From NCBI GenBank assembly GCA_905178155.1, contig CAJINV010000021.1, positions 850,449 to 914,448 on the forward strand: a stretch of 64,000 nucleotides of DNA, read 5' to 3'. Under the pieces are notes generated by a model, which had not been told where the DNA came from, ran no database searches, and saw nothing but the letters and a program-made list of their open reading frames with translations. Below, piece after piece: positions 21,031-34,500 of this stretch; positions within the stretch are counted from its first letter, which is position 1; each line of letters opens with the position of its first letter. The translations under genes and the position numbers were made by a program. The DNA comes from Amoebophrya sp. A120. Lineage: Eukaryota; Protista; Dinoflagellata.

Positions 21031-23536
21031 CTACGGCGGATCATAATCGCTTCGCTCGATTGAATCATCTTCAAGGATCCTCTCAAGCGAGAGTAGCTGA
21101 CTTAAGAAATGCGCGTTCGTGAGAATTCCGAGGCGGCTGCGACTCACGTGGTCGATCGCTTGCGCCGCTTTCCAGCGGCAGTGGTGCATGAGAAACCCTA
21201 CCACCACAGCACAACTGCGGTTAATCCCGTTGATGCAGTGCACAAGCACGTTCCTTTTCGATTTCGCTTTCGACGAGCTCGCCCCGGTTGGCAGCTTACT
21301 TTCTGCAGAGTCAGGCTTTGTAATTGCCCCGGCAGTACTAGACGCAGGCGAATTTTCTACCGGCCCCCGCGCGGCCGTTTTAATTATATCGGACGTGGTG
21401 GATCCTCCGCCTCCGGTCCGCGAGCCTAGAAGACTCGAAAATGAAACAGTCTTCGCGCGTCCAGTCAACGGCCCTTCGTACCGCTCTCCATCCCGCGCGA
21501 TTTCAGGAGTTGATGCAGAAGTTCTTGGAACGGTGGTTGTAGTTCCAGTTGTTCCGTGGAGGTCATTTTCTTTCGGTGTTCTTGCAGCAGAAGCAGAAGG
21601 GAGTACTCTTTCTTCTACTCCACCTTCTTCCAGCTGCTCGTGTGGTCCACCACTTGCAGCTCCCGTCGAAGAACATGATAGTACCGACTCGGGACCACGA
21701 TGAGATGATCCTTCTCCTCGCCCGCCCAACAGCACTTCCGATTTCAGGTACTGGCTAACGCGAATGCAATCCGTCGCAATGTTGTAGGTTCTATCGTCGC
21801 GCGCAGCGATCTCCAGGTAGTGGAGTCTCTTGGTCCTCGCATCCGCTGTTCTAGTTTGCCGATGTTCTAGGTAATTTCGGTAGAAATTACCCGCGCTCCC
21901 AACATACTCCAGCAGCATCTGGTCGGAGTACAGCTGTCCATTGGCGAGCTTCTCAAGGCTGGACAGCTGCTGCATCTTGCTATCGTCTTTATTTGCAAGA
22001 TGATTTTTTTTGCTCGGCGACGATGCATTCATTGTTGACGACCCGGATGCTGTGCGATCTTCCGGCGCTCCAGCAATGGTTCCTGAACTTGCTTCTTCTA
22101 TCGCATCTGCTTCCGCTGTTTTGCGGGACGTCGCGGTGAGGCAGACCTGCTCCGCCGAAGCTCCGTCGTCTCGTCCTGTCGCTGCAATGGCCGTGCTGGT
22201 GCCAGTGGCACGATCTGGCGCGGCTAAGAACTCAGGAGCTGATACAAAAACTTTCCCTTGCGCAGGAGTTGTTCCTGCGGTCTTCTCCTCGTTTGCCGCT
22301 TGTAGTGTTCTACTTCCCGACGTAGTTGTACAAGAACCAGGAGCGGCACCAGGCTCCTTCGACGGAGAGGACGTGGCCGTCTTTGATGTTTCATCAGGGT
22401 CTAAAATCGTCGATACAGATACCCGAATGTCCGGAATTTGCTCGAAACGCCGCCCCGTGCCGAAACTTCTTCTGCTAAATCCCAGTGTCGAACTTTGGTC
22501 CAAGTGAACTACATTGGTGCCACTCGTAAACATCGTCTGACTCTGGTCCAAGTTATCCTCGAGGCTGCTTGTCGAAGCACCAGAGGTGGCTTGAGCTTGT
22601 TTATTCAGCAGAAGTTGCTGCTGCTCATTGTCACGACCTGCTGAAGTTGTTGGTGGAGGACCTGCTCCAGCTATTTCTTGATTGCATGATGGGACCGCCA
22701 TTGGAGGCGGTCGTCCGGTAGCAGAACTGATGCCAGAATGCGCTGCATTGTCCTCGTCGCGGATCCGCTGCAAAAGCCTCACTTGCTGAACCTCTTTTAG
22801 CAACAGATGGAGACTACCCCCTGCCATGTTGACAACTGTGTCAATATCCAAGCGCCGCAACATATGGTATCAAAAAATTGCGTTCTTTAGCGTTCTCCCT
22901 GGCGATGAAATTTGTCTTGCTGCTGTCGGGCCGCAAATAAGGGGGCAAAAATATTAAGAGTCGGGACAAAAATTCGTAGTTCTGTATTGCACAACATGCA
23001 TATTATACATAGTCACTATTTGTCTTCCTCTTCGCAAAGTAACTGCGGTAATGTGTAATAAGTACGTGAAAAAGAACGCTGACGCTGACACTTTTTTCTC
23101 TGTGATACAACAGGTGAAAATCCACTGCAGCATACAGGTTGGACAGGTAGATCACCACTTACTTATCCACAGTAAATTTCCCGCACACGTACGAATGCGG
23201 TCTCTGCATGGCAAACCTTGGCTTCAATCCTAGTTTAGCACGACAAATGTCAACTCAGTTGAAATTTTTGAAATTTGTGATGCATCTTGTACATGTACGG
23301 GAAATTTTTGTTGCATATTCCTCGTCCTCATACACCAGGTCTAGATCATTCGTCTCGAAAAACTTGCTGCTGCTCGGAACAAAATCTCCGGCTGCGGGCG
23401 GGGGTGAATCATCTCTGCTCTGCTGCAACTCCAACACTGCTCGTTCGCGTCTTTCGACAAGGATACGGTCGCCATTCGCGTCAATCAACGCTTGCAGGTC
23501 GGAAACAATAGTAGAAGCGGTTGCTGTGGCGGCCAT
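21031..23536 (-). CDS. Dual-specificity protein phosphatase; 2 introners
   Basis: Spliced IYLSNLYAAVDFHLLRRLDIDTVVNMA ... YLEIAARDD ... NVLVHCINGINRSCAVVVGFLM..ILTNAHFLSQL (HCxxGxxRS signature). Confidence 0.88.
22863..23107. mobile_element. Introner (degenerate TIR, unassigned family)
   Basis: TAT...ATA ends, perfect duplication CAACA; removal gives FHLL|RRLD. Confidence 0.85.
23164..23317. mobile_element. Introner family G (TATCCACAGTAAATTTCCCG...CGGGAAATTT..TTGCATA)
   Basis: Similar to 29445-29606; flanks TTACT/TTCCT. Confidence 0.85.
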
Positions 23537-23654
23537 CGGCAGAAGATTTGATTTATCAATTTCTTGATCTTCGATGCGGCTGCCTTTTTGTGATAAATCT
23601 CTACCATGACTAGTTATAAGTCAGAAAACCCATTATTTAATAGTATCCCGCAAT

Positions 23655-23875
23655 AAAAACAAACAATAGAAACGAAAAACAAAAACAAAGAATGAAAACG
23701 AAAAACGAAAACAAAGAATGGAAACAAAGAATGGAAACGAAAAACGAAAACAAAGGATGGAAACGAAAAACGAAAACAAAGAATAGAAACGAAAAACGAA
23801 AACAAAGAATGAAAACAAAGAATGAAAAAAAAAAACAAAAACAAAGAATAGAAACGAAAAACAACAACAACGAAA
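23655..23875. repeat. A-rich simple repeat (GAAACGAAAAAC/AAAGAAT)
   Basis: Direct reading of reiterated GAAAAC-type units. Confidence 0.9.
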
Positions 23876-23899
23876 TGCAGACAAAGTGCCCAAGCTTCT

Positions 23900-24630
23900 A
23901 AGCGGCGAAGCCTCGAAACGATGAGGCCTCGAAACGCCGAAGGAAGCGGCGAAGCCGCGAAGCCTCGAAGCAGCGAAGCCTCGAAGCAGCGAAACCTCGA
24001 AGCAGCGAAGCTTCGAAGCGGCGAAGCCTCGAAGCAGCAAAGCCGCGAAGCATGCAGCGCAGCCCCGAAGCAGCGCAGCCCCGAAGCAGCGAAGCCCCGA
24101 AGCAGCGAAGCCTCGAAGCAGCGAAGCCTCGAAGGAAGCAGCGAAGCCTCGAAGCAGCGAAGCCCCGAAGCAGCGAAGCCTCGAAACAGGGAAGCCTCGA
24201 CGAAGCAGCGAAGCCTCGATGAAGCAGCGAAGCCTCGATGAAGCAGCGAAGCCTCGAAGCAGCGAAGCCTCGAACAAGCAGCGAAGCCTCGAACAAGCAG
24301 CGAAGCCTCGAACAAGCAGCGAATCCTCGAACAAGCGGCGAAGCCTCGAACAAGCGGCGAAGCCTCGATGCCCCGAAGCCCCGAAGCAGCAAAGCCTCGA
24401 AGCAGCGAACCCTCGAAGCAGCGAACCCTCGAAGCAGCGAAGCAGCGAAGCCCCGAAGCGGCGAAGCCCCGAAGCGGCGAAGCCTCGAAGCGGCGTAGCC
24501 TCGAAGCGGCCGGCGAAGCCTCGAAGCAGCGAAGCCTCGAAGCAGCGAAACCTCGAAGCAGCGAAGCCTCGAAGCAGCGAAGCCTCGAAGCAGCGAAGCC
24601 CCGAAGCAACGAAGCCCCGAAGCCTCGAGG
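23900..24630. repeat. Minisatellite (CGAAGCAGCGAAGCCT)n
   Basis: Dozens of 16-20-nt variants in tandem. Confidence 0.95.
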
Positions 24631-24669
24631 CGGGGCAACAACGTGCGAAACGAAACTAACCTCGAAACA

Positions 24670-27045
24670 CGAGCCGGCGCCAGGTCGTGGCCAGAGGAAG
24701 CCTGCCAAGCCGGTGCCAGATCATGCATGGCCAAGCCTGCCAGCCGGTGCCACATCATGGCCAAGCCGATGCCAGATCATGGGGTAGCCGGTGCCAGGTG
24801 GGTCGTGGCCAAGCCGGTGCCAGGTCATGGCCAAGCCGGTGCCAGATCATGGCCAAGCCGGTGCCAGATCATGGCCAAGCCGGTGCCAGATCATGGCCAA
24901 AACCTGCCAAGCCGGTGCCAGGTCATGGCCAAGCCGGTGCCAGATCATGGCCAAGCCGGTGCCAGATCATGGCCAAAACCTGCCAAGCCGATGCCAGGTC
25001 ATAGCCAAGCCGGTGCCAGATCATGGCCAAGCCGGTGCCAGGTCGTGGCCAAGCCGGTGCCAGATCATGGCCAAAGCCTGCCAAGCCTGTGCCAAATCAT
25101 GGCCAAGCCTGCCGGTGCCAGATTATGGCCAAGCCTGCCAGCCGGTGCCGGGTCGTGCCCAAGCCGATGCCAGATGCTGGCCAAGCCGGTGCCAGGGCAG
25201 GCCGTGCCAAGGCTGGCGCCAGATCATGGCCAGAGCCTGCCAAGCCGGTGCGAGATCATGGCCAAGCCTGCCAGCCGGCCGGTTCCGGATCATGGCCAAG
25301 CCGCCCGGTGCCAGGTCGTGGCCAAGCCGGTGCCAGACTGTGGCCAAGCCGGTGCCAGATCATTGCCAAGCCTGCCGGTGCCCGGTCGTGGCCAAGCCCG
25401 CCGCCCGGTGCCAGATCATGGCCAAAGCCTGCAAAGCCCGCCGGCGCCAGATCATGGCCATGCCGGTGCCAAATCATGGCCGAGGCGGTGCCAGGTCGTG
25501 GCCAGGCGAAGCCGGTGCCAGGTCGCGGCCAAGCCGGTGCCAGATCATGGCCAAAGCCTGCCAAGCCGATGCCAGGTCATGGCCGGGCCGGTGCCAGATC
25601 ATAACCAAGCCGGTGCCAGGTCGTGGCCAAGCCGATGCCAGATCATGGCCAAAACCTGCCAAGCCGGTGCGTGCCACATGCATCATGGCCAAACCGGTGC
25701 CAGATCAGCGCAATGCCTGCCGGTTCCAGATCATGGCCAAAGCCTGCCAAGATGGTGCCAGATCATGGCCAAGCCGGTGCCAGATCATGGCCACGCCGCT
25801 TCCAGATCATGGCCACCCCGCCCGGTGCCAGATCATGGCCCAGCCGGCGCCAGATCGTGGCAAAGCCTGCCGGTGCCAGGTCGTGGCCAAGCCGGTGCCA
25901 GATCATGGCCAAAGCCTGCCAACTCGGTGCCAGGCCGTGGCCAAGCCGGTGCCAGATCATGACCAAAGCCTGTCGGGCCGGTGCCAGATCATGGCCAAAC
26001 CTGCCAGCGCTCGGTCGCATGCCAGATCATGGCCAAGCCTGCAAGCCAGCCGGTGCCAGGTCATGGCCAAGCCGGTGCCAGATCATGGCCAAGCCGGTGC
26101 CGGATCGTGGCCAAGCCGGTGCCAGGTCGTGGCCAGGCCGGCGCCAGAGAGATCATGGCCAAGCCCGCGCCTGATGAGATCAGGGCCAAGCCGGTGCCAG
26201 ATCATGGCCAAGCCGGTTCCAGGTCGTGGCCCAACCCGCCCTGTGCCACATCATGGCCAACCCGGCGCCAGATCATGGCCAAGCCGTCCGGTGCCAGGTC
26301 GCGGCCAGGCCGGCGCCACATCATGGCCAAGCCGGTGCCAGATGGATCACGGCCAAGCCGGTGCCAGGAAGGTCACGGCCAAGCCGGTGCCAGATCATGG
26401 CCAGGCCCGTGCCAGGTCATGGCCAGGCCGGTGCCACACCATGGCCAAGCCGGTGCCAGGTCGTGGCCAGGCCGGTCGCTTCCAGATCACGGCAAGGCCG
26501 GCGCTCGCTCAGGCCATGGCCCAGCCGGTTCCAGGTCATGGCAAAGCCGGGCCGGCTCCGGGTCGTAGCCGAGCCGAAGCCGGCGCCAAATCATGGCAAA
26601 GCCGGGGCCAGGTCATCTCATGACAAAGCCAAGCCGGTGCCAGATCATGCCCAAGCCGGTGCCAGGTCGTGGCCAAACCGGTGCCAGATGAATCATGGCC
26701 AAGCCTGCCTGCCTGTTCCAGAGAGAGCATAGCCAAACCGGTGAGGGATCATGGCCATGCCTGCAAGTGCCAGGCCGCGGCCAAGCCGGTGCCAAATCAT
26801 GGCCACGGCGGTGCCAGGTCGTGGCCACGCCGGTGCAAGGTCATGGCCGTGCCGGTGCCCGATCATGCCCAAGCCGGTGCCGGACCCTGGCCACGCCGGC
26901 CGCTGTCGGGCCCTGGCCAAGCCGGTGCCCGACCATGCCCGCCCCCCGCCGCCAGATCGCGGCCACGCCGGTGCCAGCGTGCAAGATGACGGCAAAGGCC
27001 AACCTGCCCGCCGCGCCGGCCGGTGCCGGATCGTGCCGAAGCCGT
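24670..27045. repeat. Minisatellite (GCCAAGCCGGTGCCAGATCATG)n, 22-mer
   Basis: About 2.4 kb of 22-mer variants, degenerating towards the right. Confidence 0.95.
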
Positions 27046-28571
27046 TCTGACGCTTTGAAAATCGCCGGCAGATGGGCCTGCCTGTGCTGAAGCGCCGACA
27101 ACGATTCTCTACAGAGACACGCTGAGTGCTGCTATTCATCTAGCGGAATACTATTAAGTCTGCAGGTTACTGGACACGGGAAGCGGGATAAGGCTAGTAT
27201 ATAGCAAAAAAATCCAAACAAATAGAACACGACGCATGAAGAAAAAAAGAGTCACGACGCGTACGAAGCTAAACGAGAGAATAAAATCACATGGAACAGA
27301 AGCAGAACAAAATTCTTCATAGTCGAATCCTCGCATGTTGGTGCCTCGCATGGTGCACTTTTTATTTCTTATCTTTGTAGTTGCAAGAAACAATATGAAT
27401 AAGAAAGCTTACGCTTTAGGTTTAGGTTCTTTAAGTTTATCTTTGCATAAACCTGTCTTGTTGATCTTTCCTGTCGAATGAAGGATTCGACACCTGTGGA
27501 GGTGCAACTCACGCGAGCTGCGGAGGTGCAAGCAAGTCACAATAAAATGTTGGCAGCGAGGCCGCGGAGCGAGCCTGATATTACAAGTACGACTACACCC
27601 CTTGTGTTTCTCCTCATGTATTTTAAGCATGCAAGTACTTGATTTTTGCTACAACTGTCTCCCGCTCCTTGCAATTAGTTTCAAGCGTATAATTATGTCA
27701 CTTAATACACTTTTTACACTCCCACTGTCAATGTTCTTGATGTATATCTGAAAGTCAAATTTGGAAAATCATTCCAAAGAACGAAGAGAACTGTTGAACC
27801 AAAAGCGACCAAGAGTGTGACGAACAGCCTACAAAAAGACGACAGAAATGCAATTCATTATACCAAAACCCTACCTGCTTCTATCAAGAAGGAATGAAAT
27901 CACATTCGCAAGAAGAAGAACACAGACTACAAAAAGACGACAGAAATGCAATTAATTATAAACCAAAACTATCTCGACCTGCTGGTGCTACCAAGACGGA
28001 AAGAAATCGCAAGAACATTGCAAAATTTAGAATTCAGGGTTTCAAATAAACCAAGAACCACAGGAGATGGAAAATTTTCATTTTGTATCAACAAGTGTTG
28101 GCAATGGCAATCAACAAAGAAAACAACTTTATTCTCGTAGAGATGTATCTTAAGACCAGACAGCAACATTTTTCTTTCACATTATTTACGTCCGTCGTTG
28201 GACTCGTAGTAGTCATCCTCCCTTTTAACAAAATGAAACTTTGAGCAAGATCGAGACAAAGCCAAAAAGAACCACTGGCTGCTATATTCCCATCATGTTC
28301 ATTCAAATATAGAAATACGACACGGAGCAGCCATAACATAATCCTCTAGTACCCTGCCATGCAAAAAAGAAAAATCCGCTTTATTTCTCTAGATATGAAG
28401 GACACGACTCTTCTGGCAGAAGAGCAGGATCATGAATTTTCGTGGTTTTTGAAATAGTACGTGAGATTTCTATTTCAACATTCATCGGAGCAGTATCACC
28501 GCCCTCTTTCTACTTCCAATAAATTCGTTGGGTCCACTACAACTACTACGACTAGTACCGCTAAGTACAAT

Positions 28572-31500
28572 CTACCACCGCTGCCGCCGCGGCGTTGAAG
28601 GTGGTCTTTCGCTGGTGCGCATCGTGGAAGTAGATTCTCGTCGTTCTATGGAACTACGCGGTCCGTCGTTACGTGTATAATGATCAGAGCTTCGCCCAAA
28701 AATTGGCAGAGTTAATAGCTGTTCCTCGACGTCCCCGCCTCTGCTCCTTGTTGGGGCCGACGAGCGAGCTGGTATAAAAATATTGGGCTGCTTGTGGTCT
28801 ACTTCTTGTAGTGCAACATGTTGATCTGGATCTCCAAGTTGTGCCAGCAAGATGGAGGCAGCTTCCTGTACCACCACGTCCGTAGGTAGTCTTTTTGACG
28901 ACTATCATCACGAGGAAAAATAACGTCCCCACTTTGTTGCTAGTCAAGTCGGAAAGTAGTGTGCAACAGAAATAGGGAAGTTTTCGTTTTGGGAGTCACA
29001 TAACATCATGGCAAGTTTGTTCAGTTCTAGTATCCGTAGCGCAGTGCCGTTCAGCAAGGAAAGCCGCATCAGAAATAAGCCATCAGGTTTTATTTATCAT
29101 ATCCTGTAGTTTAATACACCAGCATCACAAATGTTAATGTTGCCGATGCAAATCTGCATGAGAAGAACTAGCACTCTGGGGCGGGGGGGGACATTTTTGC
29201 ACAGAATATCGTGGTGGAAGTCTTGTTCGACATCTGCAAATTCATCTTTTCTCCTGCACTAGGGGCGAGGCCGCGACCTTTTTGCCCCCACGATCTACTC
29301 GGAGCGACGAGCTCTGATGTTTTCTTGATACTCCGCTCCGTTTTGGTATTATTTCTTGTGGGAAGTAGTTGTGGTGGCCCAGCAGGACGAGGATTCATCA
29401 TCGCGGCTGCGTGGAGGTCCTGCGAAACACTGTGCAGAAGCTCGTATCCACAGTAAATTTCACGTACACGACGCACAAATGCGGAGGTCTCTGCATGGCA
29501 AAACTTGGCTTCGATCCTAGTTTAGTATGCCAAGTTTCACACTTCAAATTGGGGCAATTTGTGTTGCATCTTGTACATGTACGGGAAATTTGTATTCTAT
29601 TGCATAGCTCGTCGTCGTCCTCGATAAGCCCAAAATGGGGCACTGGAACAGGTATAAGAGTGCACAACTCGACGTCCCCGCCCTCTCCCTAACAAATTTG
29701 TGTGGCATCATGAGCAGCTAAAGATAAAGAAACACCACCAGCAGAAGAAATGTAGTACTCTCTGCAACATGACGAAAATGATACAGTGCGTGCTGTTCTG
29801 AGTGCTGTAGCTTGTCGTGGTCAACATGCAAGAAGTTAGGGCTAAATACAAATGGATAAAATACGGTGCATAAATTGCGACTTTGCACGATAAACGAGGG
29901 GGAGCTGCAACCGCGGGACGAGTTGTGCAGTCTCATAAGCGGTAGGCTTCTACTATGGCGTTCTCAAACGTTAGTACGCTCTCAACTGTTACATGGGTTC
30001 TTTGTAATGCACAAGAACAGCAACAGTCAAAGGGGCAAGCTTGCTGCTTTCGCATCGCAGATTTGCCACAGATTTGCATGCTGTTTAGCCCTTCGGAGAT
30101 TTGTCATGCGTAGCCGCTTAAGGCGGATTAAGGCAGTTTTGCATGACAATTCTCAACTGATACAGTAACAGTTGAGAACTGTAACGTTTAAGAATTATCC
30201 CATACCCACAACCTCCGTCCGCAGTAGACATGAAGTCCCCCTCCTCGCCTGCACATGGTCGTCGTGTAACTTCTGCTACATGATGTTTATTGGCCTCGAT
30301 GGAACTCCTGCAAGAAACAGCTGCGTCTTTGCTCACCCTGCCACGAACGGAGCGGGAGCTCCCGTTGTCGAGAAGGGGAATGTTGTTTCGCCGTGTTTTA
30401 TCAATTACATTTTCGTCCTGCTCTTTAACACCGTCTTGCTGGTCAGGAACATCGCCTTTGTCTACTGATGTCTTGGGCTCCTGTCGCTGTTTGTTTTCCT
30501 CAACCCGCAGGCTGGTAAAATGCTCGTCTACTTCGTTGTTCATGTTCTTGACCCCCGGGGCGGGCGCAACACTTGGTTTAGTATAATCCACCGGCGCGCA
30601 GAAGGTGGACGACCTAGTGGTCCCCTGACTTACCTTATCCAGTGCAAAAGTTTGATATCGTACTACCCGTCGTGCTAACAATGCATCTAATTGCGAGATC
30701 ATTGCATGAAAATTAAATCGACAATTTTTTGCCTCCTGAATCAGCATCGCAAATTCCATTACCATTTTATAATTTTTTGAAGCAATAATTATCTTCACGA
30801 CTAGGACGATGGATTATGCTTTTGCATCTTCAATGCATACACCTGGACGCCCCCTGTAGTGATACTATTCCCCGCCGCAACATCTACCAGGCTCCTGCTG
30901 CTTTTCTTCTCGAATATGGAGACCTCCGACGGCTGCAAACTTCTACCTGCCGTGTGGTTCGGTTCGAGTTCGACTCCAGCACCCTGCCACGCGAAAGCTG
31001 GTAGGTGGTCTACTTCTTTTTGCCGTTCAAGTTCAACGTCCGTGACCTGCAGTTGCACCAGGTGCTCGCCGCCAGTAGTTGTACTATGACGAAGATGTGG
31101 TCGTCCAGTTGTGATGTAGTTTTTGTTGCTTGTTACGCTACAGTTTTTGTTGGTACTAGATTTTGGCATTAAGTTGATGTCCTGCTGACCGGCGCCATGA
31201 TTTTCGCCGATAAGGTGAAGCTCCCGTAGCTATCGCGAGGAAAAATCAATCCCCCCTTGTCATATTCACCAGGTACGTTCTCGGAAATTTGCGTTGCTCA
31301 TTTGCGACCACGAATCGCGTCTGTCACTGTCTTGCAAGAAGGCAATTCCAATTTCACAGGCTCCGCCGCATTATGCAGGAGGTTTGTCGTGCTGTTGGGC
31401 CTACAGCACGGACGATTTTCATGCTAAGCGCCTAGAAGGCCAAAGCCACTCTACTACTCAGGCTTGATATGGCTCTGCAGTCCTGCTCTCCGGCAAGACA

Positions 31501-34500
31501 AATCTCAAGATTTGTGCACGCAAATTATCCATCATCAGAAACTTCGTTTTGGTATGGGGAGGGGGGATTTTTTTTTCTTGTGATAGCGGCCACTGCTGGC
31601 TCCTCGCCATGACCTGAGAGGTGGAATTTTTATCTTCAGATGAAGTTGTTCTTCGATTGTTTATTGGTGCCGTCCTCGCCACGGGGGATGGAGCACTCCT
31701 GCAGCCTCCGCTGGCCTTGCTGCTTGCTCGGACAAAAACTGAATCAGAATTGTCGACGCCGGTGACTATTTTGCTCGGGTGAAAAACATCGGCCAAACAC
31801 GGATCGGGCCGGCAACGCAAGGCGTGCGAGTCGAACTTCATTTCGGCCTTCTTGGCTTCCCGCCAGGCCTCCGAAGATTTACGGGGGTTATCGTAGGTGA
31901 AGCTAATACGGGGGTTATCGAAGCTGGAAGATTTAGGGAGGTTATCGTAGAAGAAGCTCGTTTATGCAATTGCAAAAGTACTATCAACATACTCGCACTA
32001 AAATTGCAATATATGCATGTTCACAGATCTATCTTTGCACACGGCGCTAAGCAGGATTTATTTTTACATCAAATTCCATCTTGCATGCCTTCCAAATTTC
32101 TCATGCGATTCCGATTTCTACTAGTGCGATGCTTTTGCAGTGCATATCGGTGACGTGGACGAAAAAATCTCCTCGTCAGGACTGGTCGTTGCCCGACGCA
32201 GCGACGGCACTTTGCTACTATTGCTGATGCTGCGTAAGCTGCTCCAGTTGTCTTCTATTTTCGGGATAGAGGAATATCCAAGAAAAAAACTGTGTTAGTG
32301 TAACTTTCATCGTTGGCCGCTGACAGCATCACAAATTCGCTCTACGTGACAGAGAAAATAGCCTGTCACGAATGCATGGCTTGAAAGGGAAATAAACACA
32401 CACGAAAAGAGGACTTCATCGTGGCTGTCTGGCATGACAGGTGTATAGAACTCTTGCTCTTCACTTCTGTTGCATCATGTAGTTCTGCATTACAACAGAG
32501 TTACACTTACACAGTTTTTTTCTTGCACAAAGTAGAGGCGGGCACGATGGTGTTTTCCTGAAAAGCCAGTTTTTTCTCGAGCATTTTTCTCTCGAAAGGA
32601 CTGCAGCCGTCGGGGAGTTCTTGTAGTTCCTGCGCGTTGTCATCATGATCTTCCACCTCCTCGGTGACCACGTTGCTTGTGTTTATCCTGAGTAAAAACG
32701 TCCCCACACCAGAGTCAAGCTGGGAAATCTGCTAGACAAATCTGTCAGCTTTTGCTGTTGCGCATGACAAGTTTGGCCTCGTAGTGTAATCCTGTTTAGC
32801 TTGTTCAGCAGCATCACAGATCGAGCATATCATGCTGCTTCTAGCATCACAAATCCCAAAACGCGACTAGAAATTGCCTCTCATGGATCTCCGCATGAAA
32901 AACATTTTCAGCATGCAGATTTGCATATACAACTCTGGGGTGTTTATGTACTGTATACAACTCTGGGGTGGGGACGTTTTTACACGGGATAGAGTTCAGC
33001 GCTTGTTCTTTGTGTCGAAGAAGCGGCTTGCTCCGCATGATCAGGGTGCGCTCGCTTTGCACCCCAGACGACCACGCTCTACTCTCGGTTATCGTGAGGA
33101 AAAATCCCCCCTCCCCGTACCAAAAAGGGACACTTCTGAAAACTTGTGACGCTGATTTGTGGCCACAAATTGTCTATGTATTGCAAGAAGGACACTCCAG
33201 AGACTCCGCCACATTATGCAGGCGGTTTGTGGTGCCATGGGGCCTACAGAGTACTACACATCTGCCATGCTGCGCGCCTACGTCAAAACCCTTCTACTTA
33301 GGCTTGATATGGGCCTTCAGTCCTTCACTGCAAGACAGACCTGATTTGTGTACGCAAATCCAGCATGAGAAACTTCAATTTGATATGGGAAGGGGGAATT
33401 TTTCCTTTTGATATCGGTGTAGTAGTCCTCACGAAATTCTGTGCTGAAACTCGGAGGCGTCGGCGGGGCCACCGTCCCATATGGAAGCGTCAGGATTGAA
33501 ATCGTCAGAGTTGAAGTAGTTTGTGATGCATAAAATGCAACCCACAAAATGCCTGTCTTGCGGAGTAGGCAAGGGAGGCAGATTGTAAGCCTGTTCAGGG
33601 GTAGAAATAGAGCTGCCAAGGTACCATGACAAAAGGCGTCTTCCTTACCCAGACAGCATTGCAAACTGGATTTCGGCTCTACCCAAATTTCTCATGCGCC
33701 ACTTGAAAACTAGACACCAACTGGCGTCCATTTTATGCATGGCAAACCATTTCAACTTTGTCGATTTCGATCCTGACACTACCATATCCTACTCTTCCTC
33801 CGCCGTAGAGGTACACCTCCGCTGCTGGTAAAAATGCTGTTGACGACCACCTCCGTGCTTCGACCCTTATTTTGGTTGTGTTTTTTCGATCTTCCTGTTG
33901 ATGTTCTTGCGTATAGTTCTTTTTCCATCTGAAGACTCTCCTCCTGTGCGGCATAAACATAATTCGAAGATGTTGATACCAGGGAGCTGCTTTTCTTGTT
34001 GAAAAGGTGCGCCGCGGACGAGGACTGCTGCTCGTCTCGGTTTTTCATCTGGTTATTCTGTGTAAAAACGTCCCCACCCCTGAGTTGTCACGCAAATGCG
34101 CAATGACAGGAACATTTGTATTGCGGATCTGCATGAGAGGCATTTCCAATCGTGTTTTGGACTTTGTAATGCTGTAAACAGGATGCGGGGCTGGCTTTCT
34201 CATGCGGCTGCCCTTGCTAAACAGGACGACGCTACAGATGGAAACAACTTGTCATGCAAAACTCCCAAAACTTGCAGATTTGTGTTGCAGATTTCCCAAC
34301 TTGACTATGGGGTGGGGAGGTTTTTACACAGGATATTGGTTGCTTGTTCGTCGTGATTTCAACTGTTGACCCCCGATTTTTCCACCGGGGTCCTCGGTGC
34401 CATCGCGTTCATCCATTTGTCGACCTCCAACTCCGGAATGGTCTGCAGCTTCTGCTGTAGTGGTCAGGGGGGTCGTCGTGGGGAGCAGCGCAACGCTCTG

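Noticed and set aside
23614-27139. ORFs of 288-610 aa across the minisatellites
   Set aside because: Stop-free by-products of 16- and 22-mer repeats in multiple frames.
27829-27965. Two-copy duplication CTACAAAAAGACGACAGAAATGCAATT
   Set aside because: Simple local duplication in AT-rich intergenic DNA with no further structure.
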